From: Diplonema japonicum
Taxonomy: Eukaryota; Protista; Euglenozoa: Diplonemea
Assembly (NCBI GenBank): GCA_964019335.1
Contig: OZ025649.1
Span: 744,001-808,000 of the forward strand
DNA length: 64,000 nucleotides
Direction: 5' to 3'
Shown here: in pieces, positions 45,301-56,045 of the stretch
Position numbering within the stretch: the stretch's first letter is position 1
Layout of the letters: each line of letters begins with the position of its first letter
Translations under genes and position numbers: made by a program
Notes under the pieces: generated by a model
What the model saw: only the letters and a program-made list of their open reading frames with translations
What the model was told of the DNA's origin: nothing
Database searches by the model: none

Positions 45301-46568
45301 CACCTGATACTTCTGCACCTGATACACCCGCGCCTGACACACAGGCCCCTGCTACACCTGCTCCAGACACTTCCTCGCCCGATACTTCCGCTCCTGATAC
45401 TTCTGCACCCGATACTTCTGCACCCGATACTTCCGCACCTGATACTCTCCCGCCTGCTACTCTGACTCCAGGTATCCCTGCGACACCAGCGCCTGCAACC
45501 GCAGTCCCTACAGCGGCCCCCCAAACTTCTGCACCCGATACTTCCGCACCTGATACTCTCCCGCCTGCTACTCTGACTCCAGGTATCCCTGCGACACCAG
45601 CACCGGCAACCGCAGTCCCTACAGCGGCCCCCAAGACCTCTGCACCCGACACAGCAGCCCCTGCGACACTTGCCCCTAACACTTTGGCACCCGCAACATG
45701 GACACCCGGAGTTCCCACGACAACAGCACCAGCAACCGCAGTCCCTACGGTGGCCCCCAAGACCTCTGCACCTGACACAGCAGCCCCTGCGACACTTGCC
45801 CCTGACACTCCGGCACCCGCAACATGGACACCTGGAGTTCCCACGACAACAGCACCAGCAACCGCTGAGCCGACAACAGCACCGGCAACCGCTGAGCCGA
45901 CAACAGCACCAGCAACAGATGCGCCCCTTACACCAGTCCCTGCGACAGATCCGCCTTCTACAGGGCAGCCTACATCCGCACCCACACCCACGCAAGCACC
46001 GGCAACTACCGCACCCGCAACATGGACGCCTGGTGTTCCTACCACACCTGCACCTGCAACAGCAGTCCCAACAACAGCACCATCAACTTCCTCACCACCT
46101 ACTTGGGTTCCTGGTGTTCCTACGACTTCTGCACCCGATACAGCAGTTCCCACTACTGCGCCAGCCACCCCTGCACCCATCACTTGGGCACCTGGCGTTC
46201 CTAAGACCTCCTCACCTGAGACAGAGGCCCCGGCAACGTTGTCCCCTGCTACCGGGGCACCGAACACTACAGTGCCTGGTACTACAGCTCCGGGTGCCAC
46301 AAGCTCTCCAGGTGGCGGTGGTAATGGGACGAACGAGCCCGATGTGGAGGACCCCGAGGACAACGGAAGTGGCAGCAGCAAGTTGTGGATATGGATTATT
46401 GTGGGCACGGGCTCATGCATGCTGCTAATTGGTGCTGCGTTGGTCGTGAGGCACAAGCAGCAGGATTCGGTCCCGCTCTCGGACTTCTCGGAGTTGATGG
46501 CGGAAGGTGAATTCATGCAGCCCTCTGTTCAGGAAGAAAACACCACTAGTGAGGTCATGCAAATCTGA
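42339..46568 (+). CDS. Type I membrane/surface protein with several PAN/apple-like domains and a Thr/Pro/Ala/Asp mucin-like stalk
   Basis: Cys-rich modules (ECAQLCRD..CRYWTF; CCAEKCTADSSCVAFTFY); TPAPD repeats; TM WIWIIVGTGSCMLLIGAALVV. Confidence 0.85.
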   Translation: MAALLTSIVAVLVSDCTKWLPPKNIADYPKWIYCNRRPGDGQTAYTYMETKMPPADVAPYQCTNGRVLRHDAAGIICADYTKGDEYAGPCTDAQCCAEGICSSYSCTVGSLKSNAADISCAYFPCNDYTCCDNPSGTPKHDAQGLIFVDRDPKRFQFGGKATIIRAPDESDITHYRIYWGFAKTVRKVPSCGLKNPVSWEQFKFTDLTRMYGEYPATGCDITFDIPMGTLPNVRCTISYDRKDKTIAANDPCNPHYLIIVSMNANGMKFIDGQVQQLGPRHPISDYEDEFGLPCAEGGVTMGHDLPGPDDVILGTFNGVNTAKECAQLCRDYTGSKGPCRYWTFAYPTGGHTEKSCWMEAQVLQKAHYGVRIIGPAVCPTPDDAPPTGIERPRCNRWVRIPNMAPFDDSNRGAYTDKGGIYNQKPNIPDVPLGQYSNAEECQAICDMDVLCIGFVYMKKDVTDTYFHKCIMIHITDTLRSTPYYDLWMCSREGMAPLINGYEMQTNPFGYKTCEASGVLGAREAVPDQDCCAEKCTADSSCVAFTFYNTDKTCQLFSACSTLTSVNKVTGCAYESCFDTYGLTTYKKLGASMELVDRWPKTGSESGIETYVQTAGIEGRTVHCYTFPAGTSGAKPQNAEDMISDLAADRRFSAVVTVGVASMTILKDMKGKIISPATEYTTRCGVENAVSLGLTGIVSMVFDTEYPYGYVEITANNGANGWCRGDNDCIKGSVAPNKPYTISECKALCDAQSNCLAFQIRSTDGNCGLATQCVYNTVKADTLVKCFKKSNTNVHTIGNDKCEKKCDGTCYWERRMGLYTRNRFLAHTANSCQATDAPDTPAPDTLTPDTTAPATPAPDTTSPVTPAPDTPAPDTPAPDTPVPDTTAPDTPAPDTPAPDTPAPDTPAPDTPAPDTPAPDTQAPPTLIPGVPATPAPDTAVPTAAPATSAPDTQAPATPAPDTSAPDTSAPDTPAPDTQAPATPAPDTSAPDTSAPDTPAPDTQAPATPAPDTSSPDTSAPDTSAPDTSAPDTSAPDTLPPATLTPGIPATPAPATAVPTAAPQTSAPDTSAPDTLPPATLTPGIPATPAPATAVPTAAPKTSAPDTAAPATLAPNTLAPATWTPGVPTTTAPATAVPTVAPKTSAPDTAAPATLAPDTPAPATWTPGVPTTTAPATAEPTTAPATAEPTTAPATDAPLTPVPATDPPSTGQPTSAPTPTQAPATTAPATWTPGVPTTPAPATAVPTTAPSTSSPPTWVPGVPTTSAPDTAVPTTAPATPAPITWAPGVPKTSSPETEAPATLSPATGAPNTTVPGTTAPGATSSPGGGGNGTNEPDVEDPEDNGSGSSKLWIWIIVGTGSCMLLIGAALVVRHKQQDSVPLSDFSELMAEGEFMQPSVQEENTTSEVMQI
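44838..46310 (+). repeat. Coding minisatellite: 15 bp unit (D-T-P/S-A-P) with higher-order duplications
   Basis: Repeated GACACACCTGCACCT-like units and duplicated 60-120 bp blocks. Confidence 0.9.
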
Positions 46569-49447
46569 TCAATCCCCCCTCTTTTTTTTACGACTTTTCC
46601 CCAAAGTATTCGTTAGTCTGTTCCTCCACGCCCCTCCCCGCTAGCACACCTCACGTGTAGATATAGAAGGCAGTGTGCCGTTTGATCCCTATGTCCATGC
46701 AGTCATTCCCATTAGCCTTCTTTTGAGTGTTCAGAATATATATCAAAGAGACGAAAGGAGATTAGGATTGCAACACATCTCTGATTTGTAGTTCCCACGT
46801 GACGAAGGCAAGAGGGGAGATGGGGAAGCCCATCAGGTTCATATGTTCTTCCTTTCCCTTTTTTTTTTTTTTGTATCTCCGAGCATTTCTTTCCCAAATA
46901 AATTTATTTCTTCCGTATTTTCCGATTTCAAATATTTGAAAAGAAAGAAGAGAAGAAAAGAAAGAAGGATAAAGAAGGAAAAAAAAAAAGAAAGAAAAAA
47001 ACAGACAGGGAAAGGATTTGCTTTTGATCTTTCGCGACAGTTCGGGTTTTGGCGCTTTGTAAAACGCCCCCGCTGTCGTATCTAAAACAAATCTTTTTTT
47101 TTATAATTTTTTTTTATTTGTTGTTTTTTTTTTTCTCTCTCTTTTTTATACATATGAGCTCGTCCGGAGAAATATGTCCCCTTTCTTTTTTCTCTATTTC
47201 CGAGGACTGTGTTTTACTTTAAAAGAAAGCTTTTCGAGCATTTTCCACATCCGTGGACATTTTTTTTCCCGGGCGAGCTCATGTTTTTTTTTTTTTTTTT
47301 TGAGGGAAGTATGCCGTAAACAGTTGGTTAGCTCACCTCCTCACTTTTTTTTCCCTTTTGCCCCCTTCGAGTAATAAAAAGAAGACGCTGCCAACTCTAT
47401 TTACTTCTTTGTTTTTTTGTTTCTTGGACACCACGAAAGCCTGCCAGCAACGAGCGCCCCCTCTACTATGGTCGCTGGATAGAATCCCCGTATTTCGGCA
47501 GGACCCCCCATCTAAAAGAAGAAAAGGCAGTTTTCTTTTTCTTTCTAATGCTTTAAAAGGAAGGGTGAAAGAAGAAAAAAGGAGCGAAAAACAAAAAAAA
47601 GAACAGGAGAGAGAAAGCAGATTTGGGGTATTTTATTCTTCTTATTATTATTTTTCTTTTTTTAATTTACTCATATACGTCAAGGGTTCTGGGTTTTTGA
47701 AATTGTGAAACGAAGAAAAGAACAAAAGAAAGGGAACTTCTGCTGTAAGCGGGTGGTTACGATTTCAGCTAATTCATGAAGGGTTAGGTCCCTTGTAGCA
47801 TTTAAGTGGTATCACCCCTCCCCATTTTCTTTGGCGGAAAAAGAAATAAGAACAGAGTAAGCCCCCCCCCCCCTTTTTTTTCCCCCTGCCTTTACCCTTA
47901 CCTTGGGCTTTATACATTCGGTTTCCTTTTCTCTGTCTCTTTTTTTTCTACCCCTCCCCCTCCACCCTTCCCTCTTTTCACCCCTTTCTACAGCCGATGA
48001 TACGGATCACCGGCCAAGTAAGGTCCTGGTTCTTTTTCTTGAAGGCGAGGGGGGTGTGGGGGGGAATAGAAGCTAAGGGAGGAGGAAAGCAAGCAGAATG
48101 TTAAGAAGAAATCGAGTTTTTTTTTTTTTTAATTTCCCTCTTTTTCTTCTTTCCAACGTTGAGTAGATGATACGGAACAGCGGGTGAGTGTAGTCTAATT
48201 TGTCTAAGCAAAGGGCTCATACTCTCCCCTCTGCCTCCTCCAAGAGACACTCCGCCCCCACGGCCTTTTTAAGAATGTTTAACGGGAAAAGGTGAATACG
48301 GAAAAGAAAAAAAAAAAAGAAAACGAATAGAAATAAATGTAAAACATCAACAAAAGGGCGATCAGCCTCATACCAGATATTGCAAGCCTCTTCATTGTTT
48401 CCAGGGAGACGGGGGAGAAGAGACAAGGTGGGGATATAAGTTTTTTTTTTCCCCTAAGGTACTGTAAAAAAAAAAAAAGAAAGAAAAATCAAAAAGTGCC
48501 GGACTGACAAATATCAGAGTTCCCCCCCCCCCCCCCCCCCCCCCCCGACCGGACGTTTCCCCCCACTTTGAAGTATTGTATGTCAAAAGAAAAGAAAAGA
48601 AAAAGGGGGTGTGGGAGGACATGCCTTCCGAACAAACAGTGGTATGCAGTACCTTTTTATTTATTTATTTGGCGAAAGGTTTTTATGTTGTGCACATGTT
48701 GGTGTAGATTATTTTTATGTTGTCTTATTTTCTAGTTGTAATTGATCGTCAGTGATTAAACAGGCCACATCGCTGACAGCAAGCATAACCTTTTTTTTTT
48801 TTTTTTTTTTTTTTTATGCATACCCTTTTTTTAAAGCTAGAAGAAAGGTACTGCATGAACAGGTGCTGGTGTCGCCCTACCGTGGTTTCCAGCACATTTA
48901 CTGCTATCGACTGTGCTAATTCCCCTGCTGGTAGTGGGTTTTAATATGCTCCTTGTCACCCCCCTCCCACTCCCCACGATATGTAGTTGTTGCTAAGGCT
49001 ATTCTTTGGCAGCTTTACAAACAAACAGCAAAGAAACGTCAGAGAGTAGCTTTTTTTTTCTTCAATACAGGAAAAGAGAGAAAGAAAGGGGGGGGGGGGG
49101 ATCAAAGAAGAAGAAAGAGGGAAGCAGGAAGGACGCGAAGCGAAAAGAAAAGAAGAAGAAGAGGAAGAAGAAGCAAAAGATACTTTTCTTTTTTTTTCTC
49201 TCCCCTCTACTCTTCTTCTTCTTTACCACCCTTCTCTCTTTTTTTTTTTTAAACTGTACTTCTCACGTGGTTTCCCCCCCCCTTTTTTTTCCTCTTTCTT
49301 TCTGTTTTCATTTCAGGCTTTTTTTGTTATTTTGGTTGTTGCGCTATTCCTTTTTTTTAATCCTGTCTGCCTTTTTTTCTTCTCTCTCTCTCCCACCGAA
49401 CAAGCAAAAACCTACTACACAAGAAGGTGAGGTGGTCATAGAAGGCT

Positions 49448-50371
49448 ATGCATCATGAAACGGCTGTTGTACTAATTCTGTTGGCAGTGGTGTGTGAGGC
49501 ATGCTTCGACCCAATGTGCTCTGGCCACGGAAGCTGCCTGACAAGCACCAAGACCTGCTTCTGCGAGAAGGGGTGGTATGGGGAGAGCTGTGCGCTGAGC
49601 CAAGAAAGCTGCAACAGCAGAACATGTAACGGTAAAGGGCACTGTAGGTCAGGCCGCAACACTGTTGTAAACTGCGAATGCGCTCCCGAGTGCGGCTTCA
49701 CAGGCCAGACGTGCAGCACATGCCCCGTCCACGTCCAATGCAGCCCTCTCTGCACTGTTGTGGCCACAGAACACAAAACCCCTGCACCCCTCGAAGCTAA
49801 AGACAGCTTCAACCCTGCGATGCTTGTCGTGGTGGCCCTGTCCCTCCTGGCGTGCATCAGCACTGTTGTGGTGTACTTCGGTTTGAAGCTACGGAAGTAC
49901 TTAGCTTCCAAACATGCCCGCCACGGCACTGCCTATCGTGACCAGGACCGTGAGGGCGATGATCAGGAGGGCCAGACGGGCAGCATGTACAAGGATGAGC
50001 GCATCGACAATACACACACACGCCGCACGCGCCCCAAGAGGAAGAGCAGCATCAAGAGGTCTCAGCCCGTCATCCCCAGCGAGATGCGGCACCCAACAGA
50101 CTGCAGCATCGAGCGCGACAACTCAGGCACTTGGGGCCCCTGCTTGAAGATGACGTGCGGGTCGCCACATTTGGAGAACCCGTTGAAGGACTTCGCAGCT
50201 GTCGAGCACCAAGGTGCCGAGGCAACAACAAACAGGTCCTTCTCCATGTCGTCAGCGTGCGCCACAGTGGAGGGCGTGGAGCAGGTGTCGGACCCTTGCC
50301 CATCCCACAGCCCCTCACCCAAGCACGTGTCCATCAAACTGCCCTTCACTCCTCGTCCTGGGTTAGAGTAA
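49448..50371 (+). CDS. EGF-like domain single-pass membrane protein
   Basis: Signal peptide; CSGHGSC..CFCEKGWYGESC and a second EGF; TM AMLVVVALSLLACISTVVVYF. Confidence 0.85.
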   Translation: MHHETAVVLILLAVVCEACFDPMCSGHGSCLTSTKTCFCEKGWYGESCALSQESCNSRTCNGKGHCRSGRNTVVNCECAPECGFTGQTCSTCPVHVQCSPLCTVVATEHKTPAPLEAKDSFNPAMLVVVALSLLACISTVVVYFGLKLRKYLASKHARHGTAYRDQDREGDDQEGQTGSMYKDERIDNTHTRRTRPKRKSSIKRSQPVIPSEMRHPTDCSIERDNSGTWGPCLKMTCGSPHLENPLKDFAAVEHQGAEATTNRSFSMSSACATVEGVEQVSDPCPSHSPSPKHVSIKLPFTPRPGLE

Positions 50372-50465
50372 TTCCCATTACTAATGTACATTTACACTTG
50401 CTTTTCGGGTTTGCTTTTGTAATCTTATTCGTGTCCGTTATCCGTGACCGTCAACAGAGGATGCA

Positions 50466-53400
50466 ATGAGGGCTGCATGCGGTCTGCTATGTGTGTGCCA
50501 CGCCGCTGCGTTCGTCGTTAAGGTTTTGGACGCTGAGAAGCTGGTGCCTGTGGAAGGAGTGAAGTGTGCGTCAGGCCGCCTTGGTGCTAATGTGACTAAT
50601 GTGCAGGGCGAGGTTGAGGTGGTGTGGGAGGGTGATGAGGTCACATGCAGCAAAGAAGGGTGGCACACGACGGGGGGGTGGGGCACTTTGTACATGTTGC
50701 GTCAGCTCAGTGTGGGCGCGACGGGTGCTGTGTTGCAGTGGGACAACAGAGTACAGGACTTGGACTTGATTGGGGTCTCACCGTGGGAGAGGTGCGGCGT
50801 AGGGTACACAGCGGGCACTGTTAGAAGCCACTTGTGCACAGACGGTGATCTGTTCCTGTACACCCCTAGGGATGCGACAGGGCACTTTGGCACTGAGGTA
50901 CTCTTCGCTCAGAATACGTCGTTCGACATCTACGTACACCTGTACTCGCTGTCCCCGTGCTGGGACAACTTCAGCCTCAACATCTCCCTTTACACTTCGC
51001 ATGGTTTGTTGAAGGTTGTACAACCCGCTCTTAGCAGGACGGGATGCCATTCCTTCTCTCTCCCTTGCAAACACTTCTGGCATGCCATCCAGTACAATGC
51101 AGCTGCTGGAGAGGCAAGCGTAGTAGATCATTACACGAAAGCAAATCCCTGGAACGAGCCTGCCGCGAACAGGTCGTGCCAGTGCGAAGGGTGGGTGCAA
51201 ACAGAAATCAGTACAGACACGTGGAAGGATACGGTCCTTCTGAACTTACAGGCAATCACGGCCGATGGCGGGGTGCTGTGTCGCGACAATGGTGCACAAG
51301 CATTTCAGAATTCTTTGTATGAAGAGCACATATTGGACTCTACCAAGCGCCTGGGGGACGTCACCACGGGTTTTGAGCAGGATCTTTCACAAAGGATCCA
51401 GCACGCACAAGAGGTAGCGGCTGCTCTTTTTGCAGACAGGACAGCAGCCATGCCTTCGGACCCATGTTCTGCAACCAGCAACTTCTGTGTCCGCACATCA
51501 GGGACGTCGGTTCACATGGCTAGCATCGCTGCCGTCTTTGAGACACAAGTCCTACCCCACTTTGATGACACGAAGAGGGTGTCTGTAGGCTATATATCAG
51601 GTGCCTACGGTGTCGCTCCTTATGAAGAAGCACAGCCAGCACAACAAGCGGCATGGTATACAGCAGCACTGGCAGGTTTCAAACAGGTACAAGTGGTTCT
51701 TGACGTGTCAGAAGCCACTGCTGGGACACCTCTGGGGAGCTATTTAGGATCTATTCTAAACACGCTCACTGAACGGGACTTGGTTAATGTTATGCTTGCT
51801 GGCAGGGGGGACATCTTGCCGTGCTTCAGACACCCTGTGGATGACGTAAAGACTATTTTGTTGGAAGCAACACGAAAGACCGTGTCCACAGGTGTGTTTG
51901 ATTTGCAAGCCGCACTTGCTACTGTTGCTACTGAGGTTGATATTGTGATCGTTGTCACAGCAGTGAAGTCGGAATCCGATATCACGCTGGTGAAGAACTT
52001 ATCAAAGGTACTCCTGTATGGCGTGCTGGACGGAGACGAGCCTTCGCTGTACGGCAGTGATGCGAGTATTGCGGCAAGGGAACGCGTACCCCGTGCTTTC
52101 ATGGATCACAGTGAACGTTCAGTTGTGATCGTGCTGCCTCTGGAGCAAGATGGGGAAGTGCTGGGAGCTGTGTCGGTAGAAACGCGCTTCGACGACTTCA
52201 TGCGGCAATTGCTGTACGTACACAGTGACAACTACTACGTTGCTGTTGTAAGCGGTGACGGGGTGGTTTTGTACCATCCGGACGTGGTGTCGAGAACGGG
52301 CAACCAGACAGGGCGTGTCATGCTGCGCTCGATTGAAGGCAGCGATGTCGAAGCGGCTGTGCTAGGCGAACCTCATGGGAACATCACGTCTAAGGGTATG
52401 CTGGTGACGTGGGATACTGTGCAACATACATCCTGGAAGGTGCTGCTTGTGGTGACTTCTGGCGTGGAGCTGATCATAGCGGAAAAGGATGTCGGGCCTG
52501 CAGAAAATGATACAGTTGTGCACGTACTTGGGGAAGGACTGAAGAACGCAAGGGATAGCAGTTCTGTAAAGGAGGAGGTTCTTCGTGACATAGATCACAG
52601 TGCTGCTCTCGGGTTGTGCTGGTTGGACAGATCCAGCCCTCAGGTGCCAGCCAGGTACTTTGCATCGCAGAGTGGGATGGTCCGTGCAATACCTCGTATC
52701 GCGATGCCGGTCATGCTGCGCACCGTAGCCGATATCCCTTGGTACTCCGCAGGTAGGTTGGTCATCACAACCCCGCACCATACAGCCTTTGGCCTCTTCG
52801 AAGCAAGCATCGCAACACTGTCCACCATCACACAACCTATCTATAAGGATGCTGCTGAAACACAGCTTGCAGGGGTCATTGCCGCCGACGTCTATCATGA
52901 CTTCCTTCGGCAGCTGGCCTTCCGTGACCTACCCTGCTCAGGACAGGTCACGTGTCTGGTCATTAGCACTGAAGGGTTTATCGTTCTGTCGTCAGCAGAG
53001 CAGTACCGCACTTCTGTCTACCTCGGTGAGTTGTTCCCTGAGGTGTTATATGATGTTGAAGAACATGTTTGCTATGACCACAGTGTCAAGGTGCTTAAGA
53101 GAAACAAGAGAATACCAGAAGGGTATTCTTCACATGGCACCTTGCAGGGAGGATGCGGTGCATGGTCTCTCTCCAGCATCCCCAACACTACGCTGCACCT
53201 TGTGGCTGTGTCAGGATTCTCTTGCGTTGCGCAGAAGTGTGTGCCCTGTCCCACCTCTTGTCACACTTCAACATGTTACCCATGCACATGCAGTCTTGAA
53301 GAAACAGCATGTGCAGGCCACCCACAGGTTCCATACGCAGCGTGCAAGACATCACTTGCCCCTATGACCTGCGCTTCCCATTTAAGTACCGAGTCGTCTG

Positions 53401-53477
53401 ACAGCGCGAGCAGTCCAAGTCTTGACTGGATGTTGTTGTATTTCACAGTTATATGGTACGTGTTGCTATTTTCATAG
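50466..53477 (+). CDS. VWA/Cache domain protein resembling calcium channel alpha-2/delta subunits
   Basis: Signal peptide; WYTAALAGFKQVQVVLDVS, ILNTLTERDLVNV; Cache-like GVVLYHPD, PWY, LAGVIAAD; TTLHLVAV plus Cys-rich end; hydrophobic C-terminus. Confidence 0.75.
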   Translation: MRAACGLLCVCHAAAFVVKVLDAEKLVPVEGVKCASGRLGANVTNVQGEVEVVWEGDEVTCSKEGWHTTGGWGTLYMLRQLSVGATGAVLQWDNRVQDLDLIGVSPWERCGVGYTAGTVRSHLCTDGDLFLYTPRDATGHFGTEVLFAQNTSFDIYVHLYSLSPCWDNFSLNISLYTSHGLLKVVQPALSRTGCHSFSLPCKHFWHAIQYNAAAGEASVVDHYTKANPWNEPAANRSCQCEGWVQTEISTDTWKDTVLLNLQAITADGGVLCRDNGAQAFQNSLYEEHILDSTKRLGDVTTGFEQDLSQRIQHAQEVAAALFADRTAAMPSDPCSATSNFCVRTSGTSVHMASIAAVFETQVLPHFDDTKRVSVGYISGAYGVAPYEEAQPAQQAAWYTAALAGFKQVQVVLDVSEATAGTPLGSYLGSILNTLTERDLVNVMLAGRGDILPCFRHPVDDVKTILLEATRKTVSTGVFDLQAALATVATEVDIVIVVTAVKSESDITLVKNLSKVLLYGVLDGDEPSLYGSDASIAARERVPRAFMDHSERSVVIVLPLEQDGEVLGAVSVETRFDDFMRQLLYVHSDNYYVAVVSGDGVVLYHPDVVSRTGNQTGRVMLRSIEGSDVEAAVLGEPHGNITSKGMLVTWDTVQHTSWKVLLVVTSGVELIIAEKDVGPAENDTVVHVLGEGLKNARDSSSVKEEVLRDIDHSAALGLCWLDRSSPQVPARYFASQSGMVRAIPRIAMPVMLRTVADIPWYSAGRLVITTPHHTAFGLFEASIATLSTITQPIYKDAAETQLAGVIAADVYHDFLRQLAFRDLPCSGQVTCLVISTEGFIVLSSAEQYRTSVYLGELFPEVLYDVEEHVCYDHSVKVLKRNKRIPEGYSSHGTLQGGCGAWSLSSIPNTTLHLVAVSGFSCVAQKCVPCPTSCHTSTCYPCTCSLEETACAGHPQVPYAACKTSLAPMTCASHLSTESSDSASSPSLDWMLLYFTVIWYVLLFS

Positions 53478-53555
53478 TGCACGGCCCTTTAGTTGACTTT
53501 TCTTGTTTCCCCTTTTTTCAAGCTTTCTCTGTCATCACACCTCACCTCAGGCACC

Positions 53556-53876
53556 ATGCTGACCGATCACGACGACGTTGAGTTCCCTAACCCACAGGAG
53601 GAGTGGGTCAGGCCCGCCCCTGCGCCTCCAACGCCCCAGGATAACTATGCTGCTGGTATGCCATTCAACTGTTGACGTTTATCAATAAAAGGTGTGGCGG
53701 CAATGCTGATGCAAGGCGGCCGCATGGGCCCCGACAGCGAGGGCATCTTCTCTACATGTGATTACGAAGAGAGGGTTGCAGGCTTCGAGCCAGACCGTCC
53801 GTCAGGCCTCCACAGCTCTTGGGAGCCCTGCCCTGGTTCCCCCAAATACATCGCCGAGAAGAAAGGCCGGCGCTAG
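53556..53876 (+). CDS. Small hypothetical protein; intron 53656-53691
   Basis: ATG after CAG; 36 nt GTATG..AAG intron with an in-frame stop joins two ORF fragments. Confidence 0.6.
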
Positions 53877-54068
53877 ATAAAGATATAATAGCTTAACTCA
53901 TTTGTTTGTGTTCCAGCACCCCCAAACTCCGCGTCAGCGAGGGCCACCCACAGGGTTGCATCCCGAGAGATCCTTTCGTTGGGCGGCAGCGATGCACTGT
54001 ATTAGCTCCTTCCCCATTTGTTTGTTATTATTTTTCAATTGTAACACTGAAACACTGTTAATAAAGGA

Positions 54069-55423
54069 ATGGGGCTCCAGCGGAGGTGCTCTTCCCTATG
54101 GAGCAAGATGGTAGTGAAATCAAAGGCCGAGCAGACCATTACCTGGGTTGCACCCCCGAAGGTGCCTGTGAAGGAGGAAGTGGGACATGAGGTGGATGAT
54201 GTTGAAGTGAGCAGAATTGGGGATAAGGAAAAGAGGCCGCACAGAATGGGGGCTCGAATGGTCGACCTGCCGTGGCCTCATATTGCTACACCTAAGTCGG
54301 TGCAGATGGGTGAGGTTGAAACTGACATTGGGGCAGAGGTGTGGCTTCCTGAGCGTGACGACCAGGCTGTGTCCGAGGAACAGGCGATTATCCAGACGGA
54401 GTTCACCTTCGAGGAAGAGCTGCCGGATGCCGACTACAACAGTTACTATGAGTTCAATCCGTCTTTCACGCGTGTAGAGCGGAGCATAAACGAGAAGAGC
54501 CACATGGGCTCACAGCAGTGGCGCCAGCCCCTCACTGACCTCGTGACTCTTCGCACCCGCGAGCGCATCCCCCGAAACGGCGTCGCCTATATCAACTTCC
54601 CGTTGTCATTCAGTTGCCTGCACTTCGCGGTTGGCGTTACTGAGGCACAGTCCTTCGATCCCAGGAAATGGGTGGGGTATGAAAGTGGGTCTTGGGGGCA
54701 CTACGAAGACGGGAGGATAGGAACACGGACGGACTGCCACTTCGGGAGGGTGTTGAAGTCGGACGATGAGGTGGGAGTGCTGCTGTACTCTCCAGCAGAG
54801 GAGAAGGATGCAAAGCTCCTGTTCTTTAGGAACGAGGAGCCTTCAGGGCAGGTACTGACACTGCCGAAGAACAGAGATGGGTGGTACTTCGCGGTGACGA
54901 TGATCGGGTACCACTACGGGGGTGTCACGGCGCGGATAGCACCGAGGTCGCCATTTGCACCACGGGCACTGGAGTGGCTGGGGTCGCTGCTGGACCCTAG
55001 CGATAACGACTTCCTCACTGGCACAACAGAGGCGGAGTACGAGACGAAGCTCATCCAAAACTACTGTGCGAACAGAATGAATCCATATCATGTGTGCAAC
55101 GAGCGGTGCAGAGAGGTATCACCCGAACGGGATGTGACCAACGATCCCTATGGCAAGCCGTACCAGTCCGATGACATTGCGCTACACCCCACATGGATGA
55201 AGCGATCCCTCGCATCCTCTAACGACGGTCCTCACCGCCACGGGTCGTGGACCTTCCACCGGTATGCCTCCACATCAAACAGCACCACACCAACAGACAA
55301 GCCGATGGAAATCGTTTCTACAGAACCAGATCGCACGACTACTTCAAGGGACCGAATCCGAAAAAGAAAGCAGGCAGGACAAAGATGTCGAATTGGAACA
55401 TTGGCCACATGCGTCATGGCTGA
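54069..55423 (+). CDS. SPRY-like domain protein; intron 55262-55296
   Basis: FAVGVT..WVGYESGSWGHYEDG..DDEVGVLL..LLFFRNE..YFAVTM; 35 nt GTATG..ACAG intron gives stop at 55421-55423. Confidence 0.7.
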
Positions 55424-55490
55424 TCGTAGTCTTCATTTGATTAGTTGTGCAATGTACAAAAACACATACAGGTGGTAAGAAGACAATAAG

Positions 55491-55934
55491 ATGACTGACG
55501 CCAAGCCCGCCGTCCAGAAGGTTCAGACCTACGGGAAGAAGAAGCATGCCATTGCTGTGGTGACCTGCCAGAAGGGCAAGGGCCTGATCAGGGTGAACGG
55601 TATTCCTTTGAACAACGTGAAGCCTGAGGGTCTGCGCTTGAAGCTGCAGGAGCCGATCCTCCTTGCCGGGAAGGCCAAGTTCAGGAACCTTGACATGAGG
55701 CTCAGGGTGAGGGGTGGCGGTCACACCAGCCAGATCTTCGCTCTCCGCCAGGCCATTGCCAAGGCTGTCGTTGCCTACTACCAGAAGTTCGTCGACGAGC
55801 CTTCCAAGATGGAGATCAAGGACGCCTACATGAACCAGGACCGTACCCTCCTCATCGCCGACCCCCGTCGCACTGAGATGAAGAAGTTCGGCGGTTCCGG
55901 CGCCAGGAGCAGATACGCCAAGTCCTACCGTTAA
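55491..55934 (+). CDS. RPS16: 40S ribosomal protein S16 (uS9)
   Basis: [61 protein letters not shown]. Confidence 0.98.
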   Translation: MTDAKPAVQKVQTYGKKKHAIAVVTCQKGKGLIRVNGIPLNNVKPEGLRLKLQEPILLAGKAKFRNLDMRLRVRGGGHTSQIFALRQAIAKAVVAYYQKFVDEPSKMEIKDAYMNQDRTLLIADPRRTEMKKFGGSGARSRYAKSYR

Positions 55935-56045
55935 GCGGCAGGTCAAAGAGGACGTGTACCTTTTTTCATCCTTTTTTTTCCTCATTTCTTTTTCTTTTTT
56001 CTCATCTTTGTCGATCTCACCAGTGAGCAGGGAAAACAGTTAAAG

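Noticed and set aside
44838-46310. Regular short repeats suggesting a CRISPR-like array
   Set aside because: In-frame coding minisatellite without unique spacers, in a eukaryotic context.
48855-48940. Two adjacent hairpins (GTGCTGG/CCAGCAC; TTTACTGCTA/TGGTAGTGGG) as a possible H/ACA RNA
   Set aside because: No clear H, ACA or AGA box at the expected positions.
55424-55491. Apparent 12 bp gap between ORF 54069-55478 and RPS16
   Set aside because: Resolved by the 55262-55296 intron, which moves the stop to 55423.
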